This document shows, piece by piece, positions 48,739 through 61,120 of a stretch of DNA of 64,000 nucleotides. The notes under the pieces are model-generated. The model saw only the letters and a program-made list of their open reading frames with translations. It did no database searches and was not told the origin of the DNA. The translations under genes and the position numbers were made by a program. Position 1 is the stretch's first letter; every line of letters starts with the position of its first letter. The stretch is from positions 1,534,602 to 1,598,601 of the forward strand of contig NW_003314298.1 in assembly GCF_000143415.4 (NCBI RefSeq), read 5' to 3'. Source of the stretch: Selaginella moellendorffii. Lineage: Eukaryota; Plantae; Lycopodiophyta.

Positions 48739-51485
48739 ATTTAACCCTAAAATAACATCACTTAGTTTTATAGTAGTAAAAGGTAGAATTTATTTAATAT
48801 TTATATAATATAAATTGTGAGGTCTAAATATACACACAATAATAAAATATAATTGTGGGTAAACCCTATAATTTCTTAAAATTTTCACACAATTAAGCTT
48901 AAAGCATATAATGCATTTATGATTTTTTATTATAGTATATTATAATGGAAATAAAGTTAAATTTAAATTTTTATAATGTAAATTATAAGAGTAATTTTAC
49001 TTGGTATAAGTTATAAGCATAAAATATATCTATTTAACCTTTACTAAGTTTTGAATCTAAAGTTTTAATCAACCAAGTTTAGAAAGTGGTAAACTCATAA
49101 AATTAACTAACATACATTTCAAAATAATCATTTTTACTTAATGATTTTTAAAGATAAAGTTTTATATTGTGAGTATATAAAATATTTCATAATTATCAAA
49201 ATCCCACTGTGAAGGCCAAGTGTACGGCTACGATGCCGTATACTAATATTAACGTAGTGGGATTTTGGTAGCCATCAGATTGGTTTCAATCCAGACCATT
49301 TGCTCCTGTATATAAACTAGGGTTTTTGAGCTAATTAATATGCACATTTCTATATTCCCTTTCCATATTCCAAACACTCACATTGGTGGAAATGAGGGGC
49401 ACCTTTGATTGTCCTTAAAGAGTGCTTGAATTTGGGATTTTGGTTTAAATCTAGCTTTTGCATCATTTAGATCTAATTTTTTCCATTTCCTTTCTTTTGT
49501 TTTTTTCTTTCAGGATTTTGGTTTAGATCTAGCTTTTTGCATTGTCTAGATCTCCCATTTCCTTCTCGTTTTTTGTCATTTCTCTTCTTTTGCTCTTTCT
49601 TTGTCTGTCTTCATGGCAGATCAGCAATCTCCTCCGTTGACTCTAGAGTAGTAGTTGGTCCAATTGCTTGATGCTATGCACTTGCAATTGAACAACCAAA
49701 CTCAATTGATGGCGGCATTCATGGCACGTGGTCCAACTCCTCCTGCTCTTGGTGCCAATCCTCGCGTTCGGCTGGAATTCTTTCGTGGGAATCCTAGGGA
49801 TGATGTGTACCATTGGTTCGATCACTTCACGATGATTGTCACATATCATTCTTGGGATGATGCTCGACGTTTGTGTGAGTTTCCCACATATCTCCAAAGG
49901 ATGGCATTACAGTGGTACAATGGATTGAGTACAGCCACTCGTGGGGATTGGAGTGTTCTCCCGGACGTCTTCAAACGCACCTTCGGACATGCCGACGATT
50001 GTGACGATGCCTTCCAATAATTGCATCGTCTTCGCCAAAAGCCATCTAAGTCGGTGATGCAATTTGGCGATCGTTTCCGAAGTCTTTTGCTTCGTGCGGA
50101 GCCCAATATGTCGGAGGGGATCAAGCTAGGAATGTTGTGGCCAGCACTTCGTCAAGATCTTGTTGGCCTTGTGCATACACTTGCTTTTGCCACCCTTGAT
50201 GATACTCTTTGCTTGGCACAACGTTATGAGACGTTGCCTCTTCCACTTCTCGTTGCATGTCTTTCTACTCCCCTTCTTATAAGTGATGGTCCTGTTCCAA
50301 TAAAGGTTGATGCTACTGTTGCTCGTGTCCAAGGACAAGGGCGAGGACGTGGACTTGGCTGTGATGTTCGTTGCTGGGCGTGTGATGAAGTTGGTCATAC
50401 TTATCAGCGTTGTCGGCGCTTTCCAGATTGGCAGCCTCCATTTCCTGGGTGGAGACCTTGGCGTCACAATGTCCCGTGGGTGCTACTGTAATGGAAGGTT
50501 TGGACACCGAAGTGCATCTGGGAAACGAGGAGTCACGCAAGTAATGGAGGGACCTTGCGCGAATAAGTTAGTGACCCCTCCATATTTCTTTCGGGAGTAT
50601 CATCAAGGGGTTCACTCGGCACCGGTTCATCCAGTGTTTACTTTTCAAGCTCACTTTTATAACAAGAGGTCTCCTATTATTCTCTCCGTATTAGTTGATA
50701 TAGGTTCGAGTTTATCTTCTATTGCTCGACCTATTGCCACATGTTGTCATCTACACTTGCGTCGTGCGGCGGATCTAGTTTTCATTCTTTATGGCAACGG
50801 CCGTACACATGCATGTGCATGAGATGAGGTGGACCTGGTTGTGCTTGTGGGTGATCTCGAGTTTGAGTTGCAGTCGTTGCGGGTGGTGCCGAGTCAAGCT
50901 TTTGACCTCATTCTTGGTATGGATTAGTTGCAGCACAATCATGCCAAGTGTGGCTTTGAGGTTTCTCCCTCTTGTCTCATACTTCCTTATGTTTCATCCA
51001 TTCTTCTCACTTCCGTACCTCTTCATCCCTCTACTTCTACCTCTGCTTCCATTACTTTTGTTCCCCCACTATTTCCTCCTATGTTTCCATCTTGTTCTGC
51101 TCTTCCCTTTTCCGATCCCTCTGATGATCTTTGTGTTGCAATTGTTAACTAGCTCATGAAGGAGTATTCTAATCTCTTTGAATTTAACCTATCATCTGGG
51201 GCCAAGATTGCCACATGTCATCCGATTCCCACCGAGGATGCTCGTCCAATCAAGGTTCTTGTTCGTCATCGGTCACCCAAGGAGATCAAGATTTTACGTG
51301 CAAACGTCAAGGAGATGTTGGAGAAGGGTGTTATTCGGAAGTCACGGAGTCCTTGGGCATGTGAGCCTGATAGGAGTATTCGTTTCTGCATCGACTATCA
51401 TCCGTTAAATGAAATGACAATTCCGGATGTGTACCCTCTTCCTCACACTGCTGATCTCTTGAATCGTCTAGGGCGAAGTCATTGG

Positions 51486-52632
51486 TGTAAGCCACAAATT
51501 TTTCCTTTCCAATTTGCCAGCTTACCTCGCCTATCCGACCAACTCCGCCTTGGCTTGTGCTAAGTTCCCTCGCCAAGGTTCTCGCCTATGGTGCCAGCTC
51601 CTACTTGGTTTCAACTACTTACTGCACGAGCAACGGAGTGTTAGCCATCCATCTACGGATTCCCAAATCTCTCCCAATCCCCCTCTCCGGGTTAGACTGG
51701 ACTTAAGGTTCGGCTACACTCCCCGCAGGCACAAGCAGCCAAGCACACCAAGCCTCCAGATTCCTAACACCCCAAGGTATCACAAGGCTTGATCATGGGA
51801 CCCTCTAAATCCCAAGCCTTGGGTGCAGCACTTGCTTCGGGACGTCGGGGCGAAACACCGTGGCCTAACGGCCCGGTATGGGTACCTCTACCCCCCCACT
51901 TCCATCCCGAAGGAAAGGCCCAAGCCCCCGGAAGGGCGAGGACCAATGAGCCACAAGGTACTCAAGTGGGGCACCACTCCACCTGAGCCGGGAGCACCGC
52001 AATCGGTTTCCCTTTCGGGAGTGGGAGCTGCTCTTGAGCACTTCCTTGGATGGCCCCTCCGGCACCAGCCAAGTCCATGCTCACTCCCACCCAAGGCCCC
52101 TCGGTCCCAGTCCCAACCTCAAGTCGGTTTGGAAGCCCAACTGGAGAGTCCCTTCTAAACTGGTTCCTGGACCTCACTATCCCTACTATACTTTTGGAAC
52201 CCCCTGCAGCCCCCCCCCCCTGGGAGACGCACGCTTTGGGCTTTCACCCCTTGACCCGTATTAGTATTTGGACTTAGTCTCTGGCTCGATCTCGGACCCG
52301 ATTTCGGATCCGACTTCGGATTCGGGTTCGGACTCGATCACGGACTCGATCTCGGACCCGATCTCGGACCCGACCTCGGACTCGACCTCGGACTCGGTCT
52401 CGGACCCGATTTCGGATCCGGACTCCGTCTCGAACTCGGTCTCGAACTCGGACTCGAACTCGGTCCCCGAGTCGGTCTCGGATTCGATTCCGGACTCTAT
52501 CTCGAACTCGGTCCTAGAGTCGGTCTTGGACTCGATCCTCGACTTGGTCCCATCCGATGAACTCTTTGTCACTTCGGTCAAGCTTTTGGGGATCCTTTAG
52601 CCTACGACATCTCGGGGAGTCGGTTCCTTACA
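51486..52632. mobile_element. Solo LTR (1147 bp) nested in the Gypsy RT
   Basis: TGTAAG...CTTACA inverted termini and a 5-bp TSD ATTGG (51481-51485, 52633-52637). Removing it rejoins RT LNRLGRSHW-FTKLDL. Confidence 0.9.
52270..52555. repeat. GC-rich 6/12-bp tandem array inside the solo LTR
   Basis: Unit about CTCGGACTCGAT / CTCGGACCCGAT, more than 20 degenerate copies. Confidence 0.9.
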
Positions 52633-55600
52633 ATTGGTTCACCAAGCTAGATCTTGCTTTTGGGTACTGGCAAGTACCGATGGCTGAAGAGGATATTCCT
52701 AAGACTGTTTTTTATACACTGTTTGGTTTGTATGAGTTCTTAGTGATGCCGTTTGGTTTGAACAATGCTCCAACAACTTTCCAGCAGATGATGGACGAGG
52801 TTCTTTGTGATATGCCAGAGGTGACTGCTGACTTCATTGATGATGTCTTGATTCACTCGGAGGGGATGTGGGAGGAGCACGTTTATGATGTTTGTAAAGT
52901 GCTGGATCGGCTACGCGATGTTGGTTTAAAGCTGAAGCGGTCGAAGTGCGTGTTTGGGTCCAAGGATACAACTTATCTTGGGTACCGTATTTCTCGTGAG
53001 GGTTTGCAAGTTGATCCTGATAAACTTGTGGCTGTTCTAAAGTTCCCTACTCCGAAGTGTGTGAATGATGTGCAGCGCTTCTTGGGCAAGTTGCAGTATC
53101 TCAGTCGTTTTGTGGATCATCTTTCTGATCGCACTACACTGTTGCGAGCATTGCTGAAGTCATCAACATCATCTTTCATCTGGTCTTCGGATTGTGAGCG
53201 GGTATTCGGGGATCTCAAAGAGCTATTGACGACTCCTCCGGTTTTGGCGTATCCTGACTACACTCGACTTTTTATTTTACCCGTGCATGCTTCTGACATT
53301 GGTCTTGGAGGTGTGTTGATGCAAGAGAACTCGAGTGTGCCTGGTCAGTGCCATCCTATTGCGTATATAAGCCATACATTACAACCAGGGGAAATGAACT
53401 ACTCCACGACAAAGAAGGAGTGTTTAGCAGCAGTTTGGGGTTTCAAGAAACTTCATGCATATCTACATGGTTCTCAAACGTTACTTGAAGGTGATCATGC
53501 TGTTGTTACTTCATTATTAAAGCGGAAGAACCTGGTTGGTCGTACTGCTCGATGGGCTTTGAAACTTCAGATATATAATTTTGATGTTGTTCATCGCCCA
53601 GGGAGTTCTATGGCTGATGCTGATACCCTTTCTCGAGCTCCTCTTTCTTCTCCATTGTCTTCTCATGTTTCTGATGAGCCTGTTGTTCCAGCCTCTATGG
53701 ATTTTCTAGACAAGGATTCTGTGTCGTCGGCAGTTGTTGTACTTGACGTTCAGTGTCCACAAGGCGCAGAGCAAGATCTACCTTCTCTTGATGAGATTCG
53801 CGAGGCTCAAAATATTAAGCTGTGGATTCAAAAGTTTCGAGATAGGTTTGAGAATCCTACATCACTTGCTGATGACTTGCCTTTCCGGCATTTACATTCT
53901 CAATATCGCCTTGAAGACGGCCTTCTTTATTTTGTGGGGACAAATCCTGATGATCATTTATGGCTGGTGGTGCCTTCTATCTTTATTCCGCGGTTTCTCC
54001 ATGCCTATCATGATTTTCCTGTTCTAGGAGGGTATATGGGATATCATCGTGTAATCGAGAAGTTGCGCAGGTCTTTCTATTGGCTGGAGATGCGACGTGA
54101 TATTATCCAATATGTGCGTAGCTGTGTTTGGTGCCAAGCTTGTAATACTCCCCTTTGGGCTGCAGAAGGACGGTTGGAGTCAATTTCAGTTTCTCGTCCA
54201 TTTGAGTTGGTGGCGTTTGATCTTATGGGACCTTTTCCATAGTCGATTGCAAGCAATGACTATGTTATTATTACTTCTGACTACTTGACTCGTTGAGTGG
54301 AAGTTGGTGCTCTTGCTAGTGCCTCTGCAATTACTGTTGGATGCTTCCTCCTTAATCGAGTGGTGTTCCAGCATTCTTGTCTAAAGCGGATTCTTTCGGA
54401 TAATAGTCCCACATTTATGGCTGAGGCATTTCATGTTTTGACATCTCGGTTGGGGATACACCACATTTTCATGAGTGCTTATCATCCACAATCAGACGGT
54501 CTAGTGGAATGGCTCGTTCGGATATTCAAGGGGATGATTGCGAAGTATGTGAACTTTCAACATTTAGATTGGGATGGTTATTTGCCATTTCTTCGGTATA
54601 CATATGTCATAGGGGTGTAGAGTTTTGTTGGTGCTTCACCATATAAACTCTTATATAGTCATGATTCAATATTACCAACGGAGCTGGGTTTACCTTTGTG
54701 ATTACCACGAGCTGCCGATGCTAAGTCATGGGATCAATATTTGACAAGCATCCTTCCACTTGTCCGAGCAGAGTCTGCCGAACACTTAGGCCGTGTACAA
54801 GTGGGACAACAACGGCAGTACAACTCCCATCATCGTCCTCTTATGGAGTATAAAGTGGATGATTTGGTGTTAATCCGTTTTCCCCATCTTACGGTACGTG
54901 GTTTATCTAAGGGGCTCCTTGTGCAGTGGAAAGGGCCATATCGGGTGTTGTGGCAAGTTGGACCACAAGTTTATGAGGTTCGGCATGACATCCAGCAGGT
55001 CGATCCTCCAAAGATTGTGCATGTGTAGTGGTTAAAATGCTTCATACAAAGGGATCAAAAGTAGTTAATACCACCTAGAAATCCGTTGATGACTCCTCTT
55101 GACGTTCTTCCAAATCCTGGCCCGTCTATAAGAAAACCTTGATGGTCTTCCATTATTCCGAGAGGAGGGGATGATGTGAGGGCCAAGTGTATGGCTACAA
55201 TGCCATATACTAATATTAATGTAGTGGGATTTTGGTAGCCATCGAATTGATTTCAATCCAGACCGTATATAAACTAGGGTTTTTGGGCTAATTGATATGC
55301 ACATTTCTGTATTCCCTTTCTATATTCTAAGCACTCACACCACTACACTAATAATAATATATAACATTATATTTATACATCTAGATTTTATATCATCCCA
55401 TCCTCTCAAAAAGATGAAACATGTTTATAGTTTTTTATGAATGTATTAATATCTAGAAAAATATCATGAGTGATTATTAAAAGGGGTGCATTTTTGTTTA
55501 TAAAATTTTTTCTTTTATATTTAAACTTTTATGAATCGTGATTTAAATCATTCTTTTTGATTACTTACAATCCATTACACTTCCTTACAAGTTTATGCTT

Positions 55601-55967
55601 TTGTGAACAAAAGTTAAATGCAATCATCCCTTTGAAGGTTTAAACAATTCATACTATCAAATCATTTATCTTTGGATGGTAAACACTTGCAAAATTATAA
55701 TATATCCCCAACCAAGGTGTTAATATATGAAATATATTAATTATAAATGCAGAAAAATTGTCCAAAAGAACCCTAGTTGATTTTCTTTTATAGGAATTTT
55801 TAAAATTATGTATATTATTGGTTTAATCACTTTATAAAACTGCTAATTACCATTCTTAGATAATACCAGGTGTTTATATAAGCTTCCCACATGTTTAATA
55901 GGATAATATTACAGTGGCATAATGATATTTCTTTTTAAATCAAATAATATTCCAACATTTTTCTGAT

Positions 55968-56083
55968 GCCCCAGAAACATGGGGAACACCCTTCCTTAAT
56001 ATCTTTTCTTTTTAGTCCCCATTGTAACCCGGAAACATGGGGAACACCCTTCTTTAATATCTTTTTTTTAGTCCCCACTGTAA
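55968..56083. repeat. Tandem duplication of about 58 bp
   Basis: CCC.GAAACATGGGGAACACCCTTC.TTAATATCTTTT..TTTAGTCCCCA.TGTAA twice. Confidence 0.85.
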
Positions 56084-56227
56084 TGCAAAGGATTTATAAT
56101 AAAAGTGTATAATATCATAATAATATATTCTTGGTGGTAAAAATTTAAAATTAACATGTTATGCCAGAAGAATTCAAATGAAGAAAGATCCTAGAAAATC
56201 TTGTCCCAATTGGCTCTCAGTCTTAGA

Positions 56228-57124
56228 TCATTTTCTGGTAAGAATAGGAAGAAGAATGACGAGGAGGATGATAATGAGAAGGATTATCCCAATGCACGTC
56301 CACTTGCGGCTTCTCCTCTGCGATCTCTTGGCCTTGACCAGCTGCTGTGTTCCTCGATCCACAAAAGACGCTGCCTTGTTGACGTGCTCCTCGATTGTAT
56401 TGAGCTGCGCGCCTTGTGCGTCCACTAGCGTCGCCAGATCCTGGAAGATCTGCTGTAGCTCTCTCAAATTCCTCTCCACTTCCACCACGGCATCGTGCCG
56501 CTCCTGAATCTCCTGGATCGTGTCCAGAATCTGCCCCCTCCCCTGCTCCTGGATAGCCTTCCGCAAGAAATTCTCGCTCTCCCCAGTCTGGATCATCCGC
56601 TCGATCACTTCCTGGCTCGCCTGCTCGCCCGTCACGGTGAAGTAGCGGCGTTCGATCGTCCCGCGGTACTCGCTGCTCATCCTCTCCCGCAAGTTCGCTA
56701 AATCGGCCATGAGGTCGCGGAGCTTGATCCGGAGGCTGTTGGTGATGGACATCCTGGTTCGATCGGTGGACGACCCCTCCTCGCAGCCCTTCACCTTCCT
56801 GTTGGCCAGATTGCTCGCGTCCAGCGCCTCGAGCTTGGATTTGATGGCGCGCCCGTTCTTGAGCACCAGGGAGACGTGCTCGTCCATGCGCGACCGGAGC
56901 TCTCTCATGGCTCCCGGCTTGTGGACGCTCTTGCTCGACTCATTGTCCTCGTTGAGCTTGAGGAGGAGCTCCTGGATCGCGTCCATGGCGTCCTTGATCC
57001 TGCTCACCTCCTCGAAAAAGCCCACCAGGCTCTTCTCCGAGTTGTGGACCGCCATCTCCACGTCCAAGGGGTTGGCCTCCATGTCGGATCCCCGAGGGAA
57101 GGAGCTCGATAGCAAATTATTCAT
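56228..57124 (-). CDS. Qa-SNARE syntaxin, SYP12-type, intronless
   Basis: MNNLLSSSF N-peptide, GSSTDRTR, ERRYFTVTG, EIQERHDAV..L.QIFQDLATLVDAQG SNARE motif and a C-terminal TM anchor. Confidence 0.95.
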   Translation of the reverse strand: MNNLLSSSFPRGSDMEANPLDVEMAVHNSEKSLVGFFEEVSRIKDAMDAIQELLLKLNEDNESSKSVHKPGAMRELRSRMDEHVSLVLKNGRAIKSKLEALDASNLANRKVKGCEEGSSTDRTRMSITNSLRIKLRDLMADLANLRERMSSEYRGTIERRYFTVTGEQASQEVIERMIQTGESENFLRKAIQEQGRGQILDTIQEIQERHDAVVEVERNLRELQQIFQDLATLVDAQGAQLNTIEEHVNKAASFVDRGTQQLVKAKRSQRRSRKWTCIGIILLIIILLVILLPILTRK

Positions 57125-57533
57125 CCCTTATATACTCTTTTCCAATCGTTTCCAATCTCCCAATCGATCGATTGATCGATAATCTATGGAGACTTTTCCT
57201 CTCTACCTGGATCAGCGCCCTTCCTTTCTCCTCCCCACGAAGAACTTTTCCAAATAGAGACGAAGAACCCTTTAGAATATTCGCATCATATACTATTCCT
57301 CGTTACTATTTTTTTTCAGGAAGTCGTCGCGTTTGGATCTTGCAAGACTTTTTTTTTCTGATCTTGCCAGGGTACTTCCAGAAGATTTCGTAAGAAACAG
57401 CTAAAACCGACATAACCTTTGGAACAGGGGAATAAACACAAGAATTGATCAAAGACTCCGCAAACGATATAAGAGCAAAAACATCGAAAAATCTCTCAAT
57501 TACAAACCTCGTGGTGTTTCCGACAATACTTTG

Positions 57534-58183
57534 CTAGTCAGTCTTGTGTTGTTGAGCTAGTCGAGCTTTGTGCTTAAGCTCCGCTCGTTTCCACTTCACC
57601 ATCAGCCTTACCATCTGCAAGAGACTATTCACCTGGAAGGAAAAAAAAAAAAAACGATCAGAGATGAAAGAAAGAAAGAAAGAAAGAGATTCTCTCACCA
57701 GAATCACCATTGATGTTACAAGCAGCGGGCCGGACCACAGAGTGGAGATGAACACGCCGCGCTTGTCAAAGTAAGGCTGCCGAGAAAACTTCTGCCAGTG
57801 CCGAGCCAGGAAAGAATTGATCGTCTGCGCAAAGTAGATTCCAAACACTGGGAGAAGTTGCGAAAATGGATCAAACGAAACAATGCGAGATCGAAAGAAA
57901 AGGTTTTTTTTCTCACTCGAGAGGAAGAAGATGGCCATTTGCAAATCGGTGTTTCTCCTTGTCCATAGAATAAACACGAGAAGAAACAAATGAAAGGCTA
58001 CTAGCGCACCAATCCAAGGCTCCTGTAAGCCCAAAGTCTAGAGAGAAAAATCAAGACTAGAATCTCTCTTACAGTCCAATCCACGGCGTGAACGAAGGCG
58101 AGCACCGGCTCGACGAATCCCCGCGGAGAAGACGAGCGAAACTTCCCCAACATCTCCTCGAGCGCTTCCACTAAAACCTCCAT
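57534..58183 (-). CDS. TMEM18: Transmembrane protein 18 homologue, 4 exons
   Basis: AFVHAVDWTEPWI, WQKFSRQPYFDKRGVFISTLWSGPLL and MVKWKRAELK. Confidence 0.9.
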
Positions 58184-58252
58184 TGCCGTTAAGCCCTAAA
58201 TTCTAGACACATTTTTAGGGTTCTTGGGGGTTCTTGAGGAGAATTACACAGT

Positions 58253-59872
58253 TTATATGGAAGCGAGGCACGAGCGAAGGGATTTGGCTTCCTCCTGGTG
58301 CCGGAGACGTTCCAAGGCGCTCGCCTCGTACCTCCTCACCATCTCCTGCGACATGTTTAGCCTTCTTCCCACCTCTCGCAGCGATTTCACTGCAATAGCT
58401 CCATCTTCCAGCCCGTATCGGTGCTGCAACACCATCCTCTCCTTGTCTTTCAATCGCTGGAGCTGCAAGTTTTCCAATCGAGTTAGATGCTTGAGAGGAG
58501 ATTCTTGCTGCTTGCTTGCTTACCGCTGTGACGATTTCTTCTCGGACCTCCGAGCTCTCCGAGACAATGTCGCCGGTCTCTGGCAAGTACTCGAGAAACT
58601 CCTCGTCGGTGCCTCGCACAGTCTCGTTGAGCGAGCGAACTCGAAAGTTGCTGTAGTAGTATATGTTCCAGAACTGGACTGGATCCAATCCAGTCCTCTC
58701 CATCACTTCCTCGTCGCTGGGATTTCTCCCCAGCTCCACCCGGAGCTCTCGTCTCGCCTTTCGGATCTCCACCTTTTTCTGGAGAAGCAAACCACGATTC
58801 AGTCTCGCAAGCAAGAGAAAACGGAGAAAAAAGAGATGTATCTGTTGTTACCGCTGCGAAGCTGAAAGGCAGGCGAATCACTTGACCAGTTCTCGTGATG
58901 GCTCTCACCATCGCGGTTCGTATCCAAAAGATAGCGTACGTGGAGAAGCGAGTACCTTTGCCGGGATTGAAGTGATCCATAGCATCAATCAGACCTTTGA
59001 CACCTTCTTGACACAAATCTTCCAGAGAGAAACTCCCCGCGTCACGCTCGTATCTTCTAGCCAAGAACAGCACCAGCCGGCAGTTGTGCTGGAGAAAGAA
59101 GAAAGAAATAAGAAAGAGTTAAGATGATCGATCGAGAAGAACTTGCCTCGATCAACTTGTTTTGCGCGGCTTCGCCGAGTTGGAGCCGGCGTCGCAAGGT
59201 TCTAAAGTCCGTATTTGCTGCCGTAGCCCACTCGTCATCGCTGGGCTCTCTACGTAGAACTCGTCGTAGCTCACTTCTTACTTGATGTAAGTGCTGTGAA
59301 GAAGAAAAACTATAAGCTGGGAAGAACCGAAAGAGAGAGAATACCTTCACTGGAGTCAGGAGCTCCACTAGCTCGATTTCTTCTTGCGATGTCAAGTAGC
59401 GGTGATGGAGATTTCCCCAATCCACTGGCTTGACACCAAACGACGATCGTATGAGCTCCTCGGATTCATCCGACCAAAGATCCCCTCCATTTGACGGTGT
59501 GCCCGATGATCCTCCAGTAGCTCGATCGGTCCTCTTCCTTGAAACCCTATCTCCTCTCTTCGCAAATCCCTCCTCGCTGCCATCGGGACCACTGGTACTG
59601 ACCTGATTGAAAGCATCCTCCAGCGCAGCCACCGCATTCTCGATCTGCCGCGCCGGCCCGGCCTGATAATCCGCGGCCTCGATCGATTGCGAGGAGCGCG
59701 TCAATCCAGCCGCAGCAATCTTGGAGACCCGCCGCCGCCGCCGACGCTGCTTGCTCTGATTAAGCTCTAGACCGTTAGATACCTCCAGAAATCTACCTGG
59801 CGCGAGGAGCTTGGATCGCGATTCCAGAAAGCTGGGAGGAGAAGGGTGTAGCCATAGCCCCATTCTCTCCAT
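58253..59872 (-). CDS. SIG5: Plastid RNA polymerase sigma factor, SIG5/SIGE-like, multi-exon
   Basis: VDW..YLTSQEEIEL, AAQNKLIEHNCRLVLF, DLCQEGVKGLIDAMDHF, RFSTYAIFWIR and region 4 LNMSQEMVRRYEASALERLR, resembling SIG5. Confidence 0.85.
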
Positions 59873-59944
59873 TGCTCACACTTCCCTCTTTTCTCTCGAA
59901 ACCACAAAAGCAGAACGATTCCCAGTATATTCTCTCCTCAATAC

Positions 59945-59953
59945 CCACGTGGC
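59945..59953. promoter_or_regulatory. G-box upstream of SIG5
   Basis: CCACGTGGC about 75 bp upstream of the ATG. Confidence 0.5.
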
Positions 59954-61120
59954 AAACTCCAAACCTCAATTTTAGCGGGGAAATTTAGTTACCTTTAAAC
60001 TTCCCTATGGCTGCGATTGGAAGGGCGTGGCAGTGTGTTTTCTTTGACGTTCTAGAAAGCGCATGACAATCCAGACAAGTTATCCATAGCCATGCACGAT
60101 TGGACGTGAAAGGAAGCCTAGAAAAAGGTGACGGACCAACTACCAACCCCATAAAATAGTTGAAGAAAAAAAATGTTCAAAGGAAGGTAGTAGTTACACG
60201 TTTTGGATTTCATTGTCCACATTCGTGCAGACAGGGCTTGTGAGACTACTGTTGTGGAAGATGAAAAGCCAACTTTGTGATAAGCTAATGTTTTAGTAAA
60301 GTTAATGTTCAATAAATCATGGAAACGCCATGTGATCCTCCAGAAGAAGTTCCCGAAATTCATACAAAACAACAAACAAACACCAAAGAGGTCTCTTCCG
60401 GAATCCACCGCCAAACAGGCACCAAACTAAAGCAAGAAAAGACACCAAAACCAGCTTTTTTTTTTAGAATCTCGAGCTGTGGAGGTTGTGGCCATCGCGA
60501 TTTCAGGCAATCGTGCAACAGATTCAACGGCAACAAAAGCTATGCGAGGTTTTTGCATTGGTCGCTTGTAATTTGTAATAACTTGGCCCGAGAGCGGGTC
60601 GTTTTTTTCAACGGAAGCATGTGTTGGTTTGTGTGTCATGCTTTTAGTGTGCCCTTCATGAAATCGGTTGGAAAAAAAAAACTGTAGATAGCTGCGACGG
60701 TTTGATTTGATCTTACTCCTCCCACTTCTCGGCAGTTGATTTATCCTACCAAAATTTAATAAAAAGGAACAAAAAAAAAAAGGAGAAAGCGAGCTGCAAG
60801 GCAGCTTTATTATTAACATCTCTTGAAAAAAAGCAGCAGTGAAGCAGAGCAGTGCACATTGTTGCTATAAGTGCACTTGCACTTGCACTTGAAATTTACA
60901 GGCATTATAAATTCGAGTCCTTGCTTTGGAGGTGGAGCAAGCAGGCAGCAGCATCAAAACGAAGTGTTTCGTGTTCCTGCTGTGGAGGAACCAATTGTTC
61001 TTCATCTCTTTTCTCTGATCAGGGGAAAAGAGCCTCTTTTTTCTTCTTGTTAGTCAGTTGGTCATTACCAAGAAAAAACTTTGAGAGAACTTTGAATTTC
61101 TGATAGTTTTTGTTTGTGAG

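Larger units (their letters stand above)
49208..55339 (+). mobile_element. Full-length degenerate Ty3/Gypsy LTR retrotransposon
   Basis: LTRs 49208-49382 and 55175-55339 (TG..CA); CCAC on both flanks; PBS TGGTGGAAATGAGGGG; PPT AGAGGAGGGGA. Gag with CWACDEVGHTYQRC, protease VDIGSS, RT (LDLAFGYWQV, MPFGL, FIDD), RNase H, integrase (HD..GY.G, CVWCQ, SDNS, YHPQSDG, WKGPY). Confidence 0.95.

Noticed and set aside
52261-52600. Acidic repeat proteins or CRISPR-like array
   Set aside because: The ORFs are by-products of a 12-bp tandem repeat in a solo LTR, and there are no unique spacers.
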